Below the pieces are notes generated by a model, which ran no database searches, had not been told where the DNA came from, and was given only the letters and a program-made list of their open reading frames with translations. Of a stretch of DNA of 64,000 bases, positions 18,773-30,273 are shown in pieces (within the stretch, counting starts at the first letter, position 1; every line of letters begins with the position of its first letter). The stretch comes from an uncultured Verrucomicrobiae bacterium. GTDB lineage: Bacteria; Verrucomicrobiota; Verrucomicrobiia; Chthoniobacterales; JAFAMB01. The position numbers were made by a program, and so were the translations under genes. The stretch lies in contig CAWEXO010000002.1 in the NCBI GenBank assembly GCA_963813025.1, positions 1-64,000 of the forward strand, written 5' to 3'.

Positions 18773-21504
18773 ATGAACAGGGAGAGCGCCAGTCGACTTG
18801 TAACCGCCGAAAATATCCTCAGGCCGAAGCGGCCAGTCATGCAGTCGATCTTTGACCCGTCGACGATCGCCCTCGTGGGAGCAAGCGAGACTCCCGGAAG
18901 CGTCGGACAAAAGTTGATGGAGAACCTGCGTCCGTTTCCGGGACGTTTCTATCCGGTCAACCCGCGCAGAGCAAGTGTTTCCGGAATTGATAGCTTTCCG
19001 ACGATCACTGCCAGCGGCCGGGAGATTGACCTCGCGATAATCGCGACACCGGCCCATTCGGTGCCAGAGATTGTCCGCGAATGTGCGGAGGCCGGCGTGA
19101 AGGGAGCGATCGTCATTTCCGCGGGCTTCAAGGAATGCGGTTCGGAAGGAGCAGAACTGGAAAGGCAAATCGCCGAGAACCGCGGAACGATGCGAGTAAT
19201 CGGCCCAAACTGTCTCGGTGTAATGGTGCCGCGAAATAAATTTAATGCGACCTTTGCCAAAAGTCCGAGTGTAGAAGGAAGCGTCGCTTTTTTGAGTCAG
19301 AGCGGAGCTTTGTGTTCCTCCATTCTGGATTGGAGCCAAAGCGAAAAAGTAGGTTTCAGCGCGTTTGTCTCAACCGGCTCGATGGTTGATGTAAGCTGGG
19401 GAGACCTCATCGATTACCTTGCAGATGATCCGCTAACTCGGAGCATCCTGATTTACATGGAAGCAGTCGGCGACGCGCGCTCCTTTATTTCAGCAGCTCG
19501 CGAGGTCGCCCTTTCCAAGCCAATTATCGTCCTGAAAGTTGGTCGGACCGCTGGAGCCGCTCAAGCCGTGATCTCCCACACCGGTTCGCTTGCCGGCAGC
19601 GATGATGCCCTGGACGCCGCGTTTCGACGAGCCGGAATTTTGCGCGTCAACACAATCGACGAGCTTTTTGGTCTCGCCGAAGTGCTGGCCAATCAACGCC
19701 GCCCACGCGGACCTCGCCTTGCCATAATAACGAATGGCGGCGGCCCCGGCGCCTTGGCGACAGATGCCTTGATTCGTGCGGTGGCGAGCTCGCCAAACTA
19801 TCGGAGAATAGTTTTGAGATGCTTGATTTGCTGCTCCCGCCATTCTGGAGCAGGAACAACCCGGTCGACCTTCTTGGAGACGGCGAACCGGCTCGATTCG
19901 AGAAAGCAGTCGAGATTCTTAGCAGCGATTCCCATAACGACGGGGTGCTGGTGATTCTGACGCCCCAGGCCATGACCGACGCAACCGAGACCGCAAAAGC
20001 ATTAAAGCGTTGGGCAACCTCGCAGGGCAAACCGATCCTGGCTTCGTGGATGGGCGGCCAAGAGGTGGCCGAAGGCGAGCGGATTCTGCACGAAATGGGT
20101 ATTCCGACGTTTCGTTACCCTGATTCGGCAGCCCAAGCTTTTTGCGCGATGTGGCAATATAGCAGGAACCTGCGATCTTTTTATGAAACGCCTTCGCTCC
20201 TGGTCGAAGCGACGCCTGCGGCGGCCAAGCAGCGGGTGGATAAATTGATCAATGAAACTTACGCTGCCGGCCGCACATTGCTAACCGAGGTCGAATCGAA
20301 GACCGTATTGGAAGCATACAGAATTCCGACGCTGTCGACTCGTTTTGCCGAAAACGAAGCAGAAGCGATCAAGGTAGCCGCCGAATTCGGTGGTCCGGTG
20401 GTACTCAAGGTGCATTCCCAGACCATAACTCACAAATCCGATCTCGGTGGTGTGCAACTCGATCTCCGTGACAGCGATGCAGTTCGAATGGCGTACCGGT
20501 TAATTGAACGATCGATTCGCGATCGGCGCGGTTCCGACGCGTTTCAAGGCGTGACGATTGCACCGATGGTTCAGGGGGAGGGCTATGAAATCATTCTCGG
20601 CAGCGCGACCGATCCACAGCTCGGGCCGGTCGTCGCTTTCGGAGCAGGCGGCCAACTCGCCGAAATCGTTAAGGATTGCGCGTTGGGTCTGCCGCCACTC
20701 AATGCTACTCTCGCCGAGCATTTGATCGAACAGTGCCGCATCTCGAAAGCGCTGGAAGGGGTGCGCGGAAGAAGGCCGGTCGATCTGGCTTCGCTGGAAG
20801 CGGTACTGATCCGATTCAGCCTTCTGGTGGCGGAACAGCGCAGGATCAAAGAAATCGATATCAATCCGCTGTCCGTCTCTCCTGATCGGATTGTAGCACT
20901 GGATGCCCGAATTGTTTTACACGGTCCGGAAATCTCGGAGAGCGAGATTCCGAAGCTGGCGATTCGGCCCTACCCTACAGACTACATGGGTCAGTGTACG
21001 CTGAACGAGGGCACTCCGGTAACACTCCGTCCGATCTGTCCGGAGGACGAACCATTAATGGCGGACTTTCATCGCACTCTTTCGGAACAAACAGTTCACT
21101 ATCGCTATTTCGGCTACTTAAAATTGGACTACCGAATCGCTCATGAGCGCTTAACGCGGATTTGTTTCAACGATTACGACCGCGAAATCGCTTTGGTCGT
21201 GCTGCGGACGATCCCGGAAACAGATCGCCCAGAGATCATTGGAATCGGCCGCTTGATCAAAACACATGACTTGGAGGAAGCCGAGTTCGCGATCGTCATC
21301 AGCGATGACTGGCAAGGCAAAGGACTGGGGAGCGAACTGCTTAAGCGGCTGGTTCAGATCGGCAAGCAGGAAAGACTCAGCCGTATTACGGCGTACATCC
21401 TTCCCGACAATGTCCCGATGCAGCGTGTGTGCAAGAAGTTGGGGTTTTGCCTGCACTACGACGCCGACGCTGGAGAATGCAGAGCCGTCATTTCATTGCG
21501 TTAG
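18773..21504 (+). pseudogene. Bifunctional acetate-CoA ligase family / GNAT protein lysine acetyltransferase (Pat/YfiQ-like), frameshifted near 19779
   Basis: ORF1 [38 protein letters not shown]2 NNPVD, THKSDLGGV, EIDINPL, IRPYP, GNAT WQGKGLG; restoring 1 nt gives [11 protein letters not shown]. Confidence 0.88.
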
Positions 21505-21584
21505 ACATCTGCGGTACCCAATGCAATGCCCAACATGTTGATTTTACTATCCTCGACTAACCACGTAGAGGACCACGACCTCGC

Positions 21585-21854
21585 CAATAGCGCGTTTTCG
21601 GCAGCCGTCCGCCCGTTTCGGGTTTCCTCAGCGGTTTCCAGAGTAATCGGCTCATAGCCAAACGGATTCTGGTAAACATGGAGGAGAGTCAATTTGGATC
21701 CTAAGTAATCCGCAAGTCCCGCGGCATAGTCAAGAGCCTTCTGTGACTCATGGCTCAAATCTGTCGGCGCCACAATTCGGCGAATCATGAGTGGAGATGC
21801 TTTGACGGCTTTAATCGGTTTAAGGTTCTTTTCGGACGCAAGATACTTGGTCAT
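21585..21854 (-). pseudogene. Universal stress protein, C-terminally truncated
   Basis: IRRIVAPTDLSHESQKALDYAAGLA...LTLLHV, then similarity is lost. Confidence 0.7.
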
Positions 21855-22161
21855 GAGCAGTTCTCCGATTACCAGCTTACGGCTAACAACCGTGACTATT
21901 CTGTACACTTCTTGGCCAAAGCTAACCAACAATTGAGGCGACCTTAGGACCAACTGTTCGCCATTTGCCTTCAGTCGTGGATGGCGGTCTGTATCCAGAA
22001 ACACTCCACCGGCGTCAGAGCGGAAGATCACTACAGAGGAATGGCGACTCACATTAGACTCTGGCGAGGGATCAATACAATTCCTGGAGGAAACCAGACA
22101 AGCGATGGCGAGTCTGGTTCCAAGAACTGAAGAAAAGTAGATCAAGAAGGAGAAAATAACA

Positions 22162-23042
22162 TTGAAAACTCTGGACGCTGAAACGCTGATTAATAAGCCA
22201 ACGTCGATCCGAAAAGTATTGGTTGCAGTTGATCTAACGGAACACTCTGCGGTGACCGGAAACTATGCTGCCCAAATCGCCAAATGTTTCGTCGCCGGGC
22301 GCACGCTTTCAGAATTGGCGTTTGATGAGAACTACGGAGTCGTCGTGACCCGACTGACGCGGGCAGAGGTAGAATTTACCGCACGCGAATCGATCGCTCT
22401 TCACCTGGGCGACCTGCTGGTGGCGGTTGGTCCTGCTGAAGCACTGGAAGCTGTTGGCGGTGCCCTTGGCAATGAACCCAAGGCTCTCGATCACCCACCG
22501 CTTGCTCCGTTGTTTAGCGGTATTTTGGGTGGCGTCATTCTTGGCACAATCCCGATTTACCTCACCGGACTTCCCGCTCCGGTCCGCCTTGGTTTAGCGG
22601 GCGGACATTGATCGTGGCAATTCTCGTCAGTCAGCTTGGCTGGCTAGGACCGCTCAACTGGTACTTGACTCCTGGGGCGAATTTCGCTTTGCGGGAATTT
22701 GGGATAGCGCTTTTTTTGGCTTGTGTCGGGCTAAAAGCCGGCCACGGATTTCTCGAAACTGTATTTTCGGTCCGCGGTGCTACGTGGGCGGCTAGCGGGA
22801 TGGTAGTCACACTCGTCCCTCTGCTATCGGCGGCGTTGATTGGCCGCAAACTGCTCTATCTGAGCCGAGGGACGCTGGCCGGAGTGCTCGCTGGCAGCAT
22901 GACTGACCCGCCCGCGCTGGCGTTTGCGACCTCGCTGGAAAAATCCGATGAACCGCTCGTCGCTTACGCAGCCGTTTATCCGCTTACCATGGTGCTTCGT
23001 GTGTTTCTCGCGCAATTGCTCGTGTTGTTGGCGCTACACTAG
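22162..23042 (+). pseudogene. Chimera of USP N-terminus and the C-terminal half of an AspT/YidE transporter, with a frameshift near 22607
   Basis: IRKVLVAVDLTEHS (USP), then TrkA-C-like YGVVVTRLTR and RLGLAGG|LIVAI, REFGIALFLACVGLKAG, AGSMTDPPALAFA, YAAVYPLTM. Confidence 0.82.
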
Positions 23043-23304
23043 TTTAGCTAAGCTAATTTAGCTAAGCTAATGCTTCGTGCGCCTGTTCTGTCCGGATCGA
23101 GAGGCTCGGATTATCAGCATTAGTGCCGGCGATAAAACCGAGCGGGCGATTCGAGGAGTCCGTACGGAACAGAACGAGTTGCGGAATGCGGGCAAAGGCC
23201 GCGGAGCCGTCTCCTGTTTTTGCACGTGCGCCAAGTCGTACAGTAAACACTTTGGATGTGGAATTCTGCCCAACACCCGCGACACTGCAATCAACCACAA
23301 TTAA

Positions 23305-24294
23305 ATGCCAACTCTAATTCGCTTTCACCGGACCGGCGGTCCCGACGTTCTCCAATACGACAATGTTCCTGCCCGCAACCTTGAAACCGGAGAAGTCCGG
23401 CTCAAGGTCGAGGCGATTGGCCTCAACCGTGCGGAAGTCATGTTTCGCGAAGGGCAATACGTCGAAGCGCCGGAATTTCCTTCGCTGCTTGGATACGAAG
23501 CTGCAGGCGTTATCGAAGAGATCGGCCCCGGAGTTGAAGGACTTAAGCCAGGTGACCGCGCTGCGACCATTCCGGCGTTTTCCGTGAAGCGCTATGGAAC
23601 CTACGGTGATTCCGTTGTTCTGCCCGCCGCCGCTATGGCGCTGACGCCGGCTAATCTTTCTTCTGTTGAAGCCGCTGCCTGCTGGATGCAATACCTGACG
23701 GCTTACATGCTCATCGAGTTTGGTGATATGAAGGCTGCGGTTGACGTCCTCATTACCGCGGCTGCCAGCAGCGTCGGTTTGGCTGCGATCCAGCTGGCCA
23801 ATGCCGTTGGTGCTCGGCCCATCGCGACAACGCGCAATCAAAATAAGGTGCAGCCGTTATTTGACGCTGGTGCTCAGTCCGTCATCAACACCAAGGAAAG
23901 GAACATAGTTGAAGAAGTTAAACGCCTCACGAACGGCAAGGGCGCCGACATCATCTTCGATCCTGTTGTTGGACCGCATTTTCCCGAACTGTGCGAAGCC
24001 GCAGCTCAAGGTGCCAATATCTTCGCCTATGGCGCGCTATCCCCTGACCCCACTCCTTTTCCACTCTTGGTCGGAATATTGAAATGCCTGACTTTTCGTA
24101 CCTACTCACTCATGATGATTACTACGCAGCCGGACAGATTGGCAAAAGCCAAAGAATGGGTCTTAGACGGCCTAAGTAAGGGAAGGCTTAAGCCGGTTGT
24201 CGCCAAAGTTTTTCCCTTCCGCGAGATGGCTAAGGCTCATCGGTTCATGGAATCGAATCAACAGATCGGGAAGATCGTCGTCACCCTGGCGTAA
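23305..24294 (+). CDS. MDR-family NADPH:quinone oxidoreductase
   Basis: GGPDVL, AIGLNRAE, LGYEAAG, WMQYLTAY, AAASSVGLAAIQ, ESNQQIGKIVV. Confidence 0.92.
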   Translation: MPTLIRFHRTGGPDVLQYDNVPARNLETGEVRLKVEAIGLNRAEVMFREGQYVEAPEFPSLLGYEAAGVIEEIGPGVEGLKPGDRAATIPAFSVKRYGTYGDSVVLPAAAMALTPANLSSVEAAACWMQYLTAYMLIEFGDMKAAVDVLITAAASSVGLAAIQLANAVGARPIATTRNQNKVQPLFDAGAQSVINTKERNIVEEVKRLTNGKGADIIFDPVVGPHFPELCEAAAQGANIFAYGALSPDPTPFPLLVGILKCLTFRTYSLMMITTQPDRLAKAKEWVLDGLSKGRLKPVVAKVFPFREMAKAHRFMESNQQIGKIVVTLA

Positions 24295-24747
24295 GTTCCC
24301 TTTTGTTTGCGCGACGAGGTAATTGGCGGACCGCGGAACATTTTCACCTCAGACAGCGTGCAAAATGCTGGAGCCTAGGTCGCAAATCCGTGAATTCACG
24401 GATATTCGCGTCGACCTGCAGGCAGCGATCCAATGGATCAAGCAACGGGCGGACGTTTTGCGCAAACTGGCGGCGCGCTGCGGATCCGCAAGTGTGGCTC
24501 CGAAACAGGCAGGAAACGCTATCACGGGCTAAGCATTGATCGCGATCGAGTCGCGCACAGAGGTCACGGAGCACACGGAGGGTACCTTAATCGGGAGATT
24601 TTCCTGAGGCGCCCCCCTGGCTCATGGAAGCAGCAAGAGAGCATAGAAGCGTCACACCGGACCCACCGAAAACAATTTTCTTTCATGCAGATCCATGATA
24701 AGCCTGGTAACGAGCTGCACAGATCTACCGAGGTGCGCCATTTTCTT

Positions 24748-25761
24748 TCATCTCGATGATCCAGTCGCTCGAGAGCGCCATTGCGTTGCCCTCGTCTTAA
24801 TTATTGCAGAGGCGCCAAAGACGATCAGCGTCACAATCAACACAGCACCCGTGACTATTTGTTGTCCCTCCGGTGTCACGCCGGCGAGACCTAGCGCGTT
24901 CTGAACAAAAGCGAGCACAAAGAGCGCAATAAGAACCCCGGTCATCGTGCCGCTTCCTCCAAAGATGTTTACGCCGCCAAGGACAACGGCGGTTATCACG
25001 GGGAGTTCAAGCCCAACAGCGGTATCAGAACGCGCGCTCGCTAGATAGGCGGTTAAAACAATTGCGGCCAATGAACACATGACCCCAGACGCGATAAAGA
25101 TACCGAGAATCGCCCGTTTAACACTAATCCCTGAGAATCGGGTGGCCTCTCGGTTGTTGCCGATTGCGTACAGCGCGCGTCCCCAATGAGTTGCGTGCAG
25201 AAAGACCGTGAACCCAATAAAGAACAGAACGAAAATAATGGAACTCCATGGAATCGGCGTTCCCCCGATTGTTCCGAATCCAATATTTTGATACCACTCC
25301 GGGAATCCGCTTACACCGCGTTCCTTTAGGATGATCTGGGCAATCCCTCGATATAACGCGAGCGTGCCAATGGTGACTACAAGCGAAGGGATTCCTCCAT
25401 ACACGACGATCAAGCCGTTGAGGAATCCCGCTAGTGTTCCGACGAGAACGCCGAGAAACATGGCGGCTTCGACTGGAAATCCATGCTCAAGACATACTGC
25501 CATGGATGTCGCACAGAGTCCTACCATGGACCCAACAGAGATATCGATCTCTCCTGTGACAATGATCAACGTCATCGGCAACGCAACGATTGCCGCTGGA
25601 GTCACGCCGGCCAGCGCAATCGAAATGTTCGAGGGCCTCAGGAAATATTGAGAAACGTGAGCGCCCCAGACGAAGGTAACCACTAGCACAAAGACGAGAA
25701 ATACCTCCCAACGCGCGAGCGAAGCACGTAGCGAGCTCATTGCTTGGCGGGCGGTTGTCAT
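24748..25761 (-). CDS. Rhamnose-type ABC transporter permease (RhaQ-like)
   Basis: GEIDISVGS, IPSLVVTIGT..LYRGIA, GRALYAIGNN, ITAVVLGGVNIFGGSG. Confidence 0.88.
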   Translation of the reverse strand: MTTARQAMSSLRASLARWEVFLVFVLVVTFVWGAHVSQYFLRPSNISIALAGVTPAAIVALPMTLIIVTGEIDISVGSMVGLCATSMAVCLEHGFPVEAAMFLGVLVGTLAGFLNGLIVVYGGIPSLVVTIGTLALYRGIAQIILKERGVSGFPEWYQNIGFGTIGGTPIPWSSIIFVLFFIGFTVFLHATHWGRALYAIGNNREATRFSGISVKRAILGIFIASGVMCSLAAIVLTAYLASARSDTAVGLELPVITAVVLGGVNIFGGSGTMTGVLIALFVLAFVQNALGLAGVTPEGQQIVTGAVLIVTLIVFGASAIIKTRATQWRSRATGSSR

Positions 25762-28439
25762 GCGGGTCTCCCCACCATTGGCTTGCTGCGCCGAGACTCG
25801 CGCTCGAACCGCTCGGCTCGTCTGGCCAAGTGACTGTAGAAAATCACGGTGCCCAGGATCGCCACACCGATGACCGCTTGGAGCCAGAATTGGTTGATCC
25901 CCAGGAGCTGAACACCATTTTGCAACACGGCAAATATCAAAGCCCCGAGAGCCGCGCCATAGACAGATCCACTACCACCGAAGATACTCACTCCACCGAC
26001 CACAACAGCCGAGATCGCCTGTAGATGTAGGTCGGGCGCGATCACGGCATCCACCGTTCCGAATCGCGCGCCCCAGAGGACACCAACAAGGCCGCACAAT
26101 AGGCCCGATAAGATGAATACCAAGGCAAGATGACGCCGCTCGCTGATGCCGGCAAAGCGCGCGCTCTCCTGGTTGCTGCCAAGCGCATACAGGTTTCGCC
26201 CTGTCCGGGTGAAACGCGCCGCCAATCCAAACCCGACAGTAAGAAGGATCGCCAGCCAAACGAGCAAAGGCACGCTTGCAATGTGAACGCGGGCCATTTC
26301 TCCATAGCTGTCTGGCAGCACCGTTGCCGAGATCTGGCGGCCGCCCGCAAGCACGATCGCGCCGCCACGGTAGACTGCCAGTGTTCCAAGGGTGGCAACG
26401 ATCGCCGGAATCCGAAAGACGCCCACCAGCAAAGCGTTCACGACGCCGAGCGCGCCTCCGATCGCACATCCGAGCAGGAGCACAAAGAGGATCGATCCGC
26501 CGGGATGATATTCAAGCCATTCTGCAGAAATGAATGCACTCATGGCGACCATGGCGCCAACCGAGAGATCGATCTGTCGGGCAATGATGACAAGGGCTTC
26601 GCCGAGGGCCACAATGCAAACGAGAGTGGCCGACAGAGCGACTTGCTCGAGGTTTGCTCCCTGCAGGAAGCGCGGTTCCCGCACTGACACCGCCATGCAG
26701 ATGATGAGGAGGGCCATTACGAGTCCCAGCTCCCGGACGCGCCTCAGCCGCCCGATGAACCCGCGCCAACTGCCAGGAGGCAAGGCCGCCATCGATTCTG
26801 CGGATTGTCGTACCGCGGCGCGCGAAGGGTTGGACGTGTCTTGGGCTCGCGCGGTGTGAGCGGCTGCGAGCAATATCGCCTCACGGTCGAACGAAGCGCG
26901 GACAAATTCGGCGGCGATACGGCCACCGCGAAGTACGACAATCCGATCGGCCATCCCAATCACCTCTTGCGCATCGTCGCTGATGAGGACTATGGCGATC
27001 CCTTGTGCCGCCAAGTGGGAGATGATGCGATGAATTTCCGCCTTTGCTCCGACATCAATGCCTCGGGTTGGTTCGTCAAGGATGAGGACTTTTGGCGATG
27101 GAATCAGCCATTTCGCCAACAGGACCTTCTGCTGGTTGCCGCCGGAAAGGGTGTTCGTCAGTTGCTCGACTCCTGCTGCGACAACTCGCGTCCGGTTGGC
27201 AAAGTCTCGGGCAATCTGAGCCTCCTTCGCGCGGTCGACCAAGCCAAGTCTATTGGCGAGCTCGCGGAGAATCGGGAGCGTCTCATTTGCCCGAATCGGA
27301 AACTGTAGCACGAGTCCCTCTTGGTGCCGGTCCTCGGGCAAGTAGGAAATCCCGAGTCGCATCGCATGCCGGGGAGAGCGAGGCCGGATGATGCGGCCGG
27401 CGATTCGAATCTCACCACGGTCAGGTCGCGTGACACCGAAGAGCATTTGGCCGACCTCTGAGCGGCCAGCACCGACCAACCCAAAGAACCCCAGGATCTC
27501 GCCTGTTCTGATATCGAAGCTGACGTCCTCAACAAAGCCGGCGCCAGAAAGTCCCCGCACGCTTACGACTGGCGTGCCAATCCGGGCATCTTCCTTCGGG
27601 AAAAAGGCGCCGGGTTCAGCGCCGATCATGTGACGAACGGTTTGTTCCGGAGTGAGATCCCTCGTGGCAGATGTAATGATGCGCTTCCCTGAACGCAGGA
27701 TTGTAACTTCATCGCCCCACCCGAGGATCTCATCGATGAAGTGACTGATGAAAAGCATAGCCACACCTTGGTTCTTCAGCTGCTCGACGATCTTAAAGAG
27801 ACGATTCACCTCGCGACTTGAGATGGCCGAGGTGGGCTCGTCCATGATGAGTACGCGCGCGTCAATCGACAGAGCTCTGGCTATCTCAATTGCCTGACGC
27901 TCGGCGATGCTCAGCATCTTCACTGGCACGCGCACGTCCACCTCCACGCGTAGATTTGATAAAAGTTCTTCCGCCCTGCCGGTCATCGCTACCCAGTCGA
28001 TTCGACCTCTCAGGCGCGGCTGGCGGCCAGCAAACACATTCTCCGCAACCGAGAGGTCGGGAAAAATGGCCGGGTGCTGGTGAATAACAGCGATGCCCTG
28101 CCGCCGGGCATCGGCGGCGCTGACAATTGTGGTACCAATCCCATCCTTCCGGATTTGGCCGCTATCTGGTTGATGGATGCCTCCAAGGATCTTGACGAGC
28201 GTACTTTTGCCAGCGCCGTTCTCGCCAGCAAGAGAATGTACCCGTCCGCCGTAGAGGCTAAGATCTACGGCGCTCAGCACCTCGGTAGGCCCAAAGCGTT
28301 TGGTGATCCCGCACAGCTCAATTACCGGGCCATGAAATTGCGCCCCGGATTGATTCCCTTGTGGTTTCGGGTGCAAGTCACGCCCCGGTGATCCTGACAA
28401 CACTGGTCTAACGCTGGTAGTGACGCGCGGCCACAGCAT
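25758..28439 (-). CDS. Fused sugar ABC ATPase (two NBDs) and permease (RhaT-RhaP-like); start uncertain
   Basis: GENGAGKSTL, MDEPT, LSGGNQQKV, DEPTRGIDVGAK, then in frame RQIDLSVG, IPAIVATLG, VVVGGVSIFGGSG. Confidence 0.88.
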   Translation of the reverse strand: MLWPRVTTSVRPVLSGSPGRDLHPKPQGNQSGAQFHGPVIELCGITKRFGPTEVLSAVDLSLYGGRVHSLAGENGAGKSTLVKILGGIHQPDSGQIRKDGIGTTIVSAADARRQGIAVIHQHPAIFPDLSVAENVFAGRQPRLRGRIDWVAMTGRAEELLSNLRVEVDVRVPVKMLSIAERQAIEIARALSIDARVLIMDEPTSAISSREVNRLFKIVEQLKNQGVAMLFISHFIDEILGWGDEVTILRSGKRIITSATRDLTPEQTVRHMIGAEPGAFFPKEDARIGTPVVSVRGLSGAGFVEDVSFDIRTGEILGFFGLVGAGRSEVGQMLFGVTRPDRGEIRIAGRIIRPRSPRHAMRLGISYLPEDRHQEGLVLQFPIRANETLPILRELANRLGLVDRAKEAQIARDFANRTRVVAAGVEQLTNTLSGGNQQKVLLAKWLIPSPKVLILDEPTRGIDVGAKAEIHRIISHLAAQGIAIVLISDDAQEVIGMADRIVVLRGGRIAAEFVRASFDREAILLAAAHTARAQDTSNPSRAAVRQSAESMAALPPGSWRGFIGRLRRVRELGLVMALLIICMAVSVREPRFLQGANLEQVALSATLVCIVALGEALVIIARQIDLSVGAMVAMSAFISAEWLEYHPGGSILFVLLLGCAIGGALGVVNALLVGVFRIPAIVATLGTLAVYRGGAIVLAGGRQISATVLPDSYGEMARVHIASVPLLVWLAILLTVGFGLAARFTRTGRNLYALGSNQESARFAGISERRHLALVFILSGLLCGLVGVLWGARFGTVDAVIAPDLHLQAISAVVVGGVSIFGGSGSVYGAALGALIFAVLQNGVQLLGINQFWLQAVIGVAILGTVIFYSHLARRAERFERESRRSKPMVGRPA

Positions 28440-28474
28440 CCGGGTTGGATCGCCGTCTGCTTTCTAGGCGACGG

Positions 28475-29485
28475 CTAAAAATTGTAACCTTTAACGTTTT
28501 CGGCCGTGAACTGAAGCGGCTCACCAGTGATGATCTGTCCTGTAGAGTTAATCTTATATTCGCCCGGCCATTTGCCGTCTTTGATTGTAAAAGAGTCGCC
28601 CGCCTTCCCTTGAATCTTGCCCTCAGCAAGGTATTTGGCCGCATAGTAAGTGACATAACCGAGCTTGATCGGATCCCACAGATAAAATCCCTGGATCGTG
28701 CCATCAAGCATGTATTTGGCCGTGATACTCGGGACGCAATTGCCGGAGACCTTGATCACACCTGCCTTGTGCAAGGATTCGAGCGCGCGAGCGACCGCCG
28801 GAAGACCAGGGCAAGTTGGTGCGAAGATCCCAGTAAGGTCGGGATATTTCGTGACCAATGCAACCGTCGCATCGAAAGCCTTTTGTTCGTTATCGTATCC
28901 GTAGACCTCATCCACAATTTCGATGTCTTTGGATTTCTTGAGTTCGTCTCGAAACGCCGCGATCCAGGCATTCTGATTCGCAGCTGTGGGCTGGGCAGAT
29001 ACAATAGCGACCTTCCCCTTTGGCCCCATGGCCTTGACTAGCAATTGAGCGCCGAATCTCCCAATCGAATCGCTGGTGGCCTGGTTGACAAAGAATGGAC
29101 GCCCGTCAGGAGCCGAATCCGCGTCGAACGTAATAACTTTCGCTCCGAGCTTTTGCGCCCGCTTCATCGCGGGCACGACTGCATCCGGATCGCTCGGGGC
29201 GATCGCGATCGCAGGGACGTGGCGGTCTGCCAAGTTATTGATGATGTCCACTTGCGCCTGTCCGCTCGCCTGCGTCGGGCCGTAATTGTTGGCTGTCCCT
29301 CCGATCTCTCCCGCGGCAATCCGTGCGCCTGCCAGCGTAGCGTTGTAGTAGGGATTTGTGGTCTCCTTGATCACCATGGCGAGCTCGAAATTGTCCTTCT
29401 TCGTTTCGGCAAACGCAGAAGTCAGGCCCACAGTGCCGATAGCCAGCGTTGTGAGCATCATGTTGAAGGGGGAACTGATTTTCAT
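28475..29485 (-). CDS. Rhamnose-type ABC substrate-binding protein (RhaS-like)
   Basis: Signal peptide; [39 protein letters not shown]. Confidence 0.85.
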   Translation of the reverse strand: MKISSPFNMMLTTLAIGTVGLTSAFAETKKDNFELAMVIKETTNPYYNATLAGARIAAGEIGGTANNYGPTQASGQAQVDIINNLADRHVPAIAIAPSDPDAVVPAMKRAQKLGAKVITFDADSAPDGRPFFVNQATSDSIGRFGAQLLVKAMGPKGKVAIVSAQPTAANQNAWIAAFRDELKKSKDIEIVDEVYGYDNEQKAFDATVALVTKYPDLTGIFAPTCPGLPAVARALESLHKAGVIKVSGNCVPSITAKYMLDGTIQGFYLWDPIKLGYVTYYAAKYLAEGKIQGKAGDSFTIKDGKWPGEYKINSTGQIITGEPLQFTAENVKGYNF

Positions 29486-29651
29486 AGGGGGGCATCAAGA
29501 TACCGTAAAATCCGTCTGGCGTAAGCTGCTAAATTTACGCACTCGCAGAGTTCGTCCTCTCAGGCGGGATCCCGCTTCTGGGAGCAACGGATGGGCAGGT
29601 TTAGCCAACCAGGGTACAGCAAGCCGGACTATGGCTTTCCATGTTTCCTGT

Positions 29652-30009
29652 ATGGAGAAACGCAGATATGCCGTGCTAACCAGTGGCGGAGATGCGCCGG
29701 GAATGAACGCTGCCATTCGGGCGGTTGTCCGCACCGGACTGGACCTGGGTTGCGAGATTATCGGAGTGAACGAAGGGTTCACGGGTTTACTCGCGGGAAA
29801 CTTTCGTACCCTCTCTGCCCGTGACGTCGGCGGAATTATTCAACAGGGCGGTACGATCCTCGGGAGCACGCCTCTACCAGGAGGAGCAGGGCGTGCTGGT
29901 AGGCTGGCAAAAAGGACAGGTTGTCTGCACACCTTACCCCATGATCAATGGGAAAACGAAGGGAACAGATCAGAGCTTATTGCGAATGATTGAAATGCTT
30001 TCGGCGTGA
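29652..30009 (+). pseudogene. pfkA: 6-phosphofructokinase remnant with a large internal deletion
   Basis: [21 protein letters not shown]...GGTILGST, then a jump near 29870 into a Pfk-like C-terminus ([12 protein letters not shown]...MLSA) in another frame. Confidence 0.85.
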
Positions 30010-30273
30010 AATTTGCATTGCTAAGTAAGAAAACAGAGAAACAGCAGAGACGATGCAAGAATCGATGTTAGAAGCATTTAGCCGCTGTCTTCGGGTCACA
30101 AACAATCGCAGGCCGAGCGATCGGCGGGGCACCAGTGGGACTTTCACCCCCTCGCCCCCTTCACCCTGGACATCAGTTCAGCAAACGTCGCTATGACTGA
30201 AACAGTGCACTAGCCGCTCCTTGAACGGAGGCGACATGAGATTAAGATCGAGGAGCAGATCAGCGAGCACCGT

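Noticed and set aside
30130..30170. FMN-riboswitch-like GGGTGAAAGTCCC on the minus strand
   Set aside because: The remaining conserved FMN motifs are absent and no riboflavin genes follow
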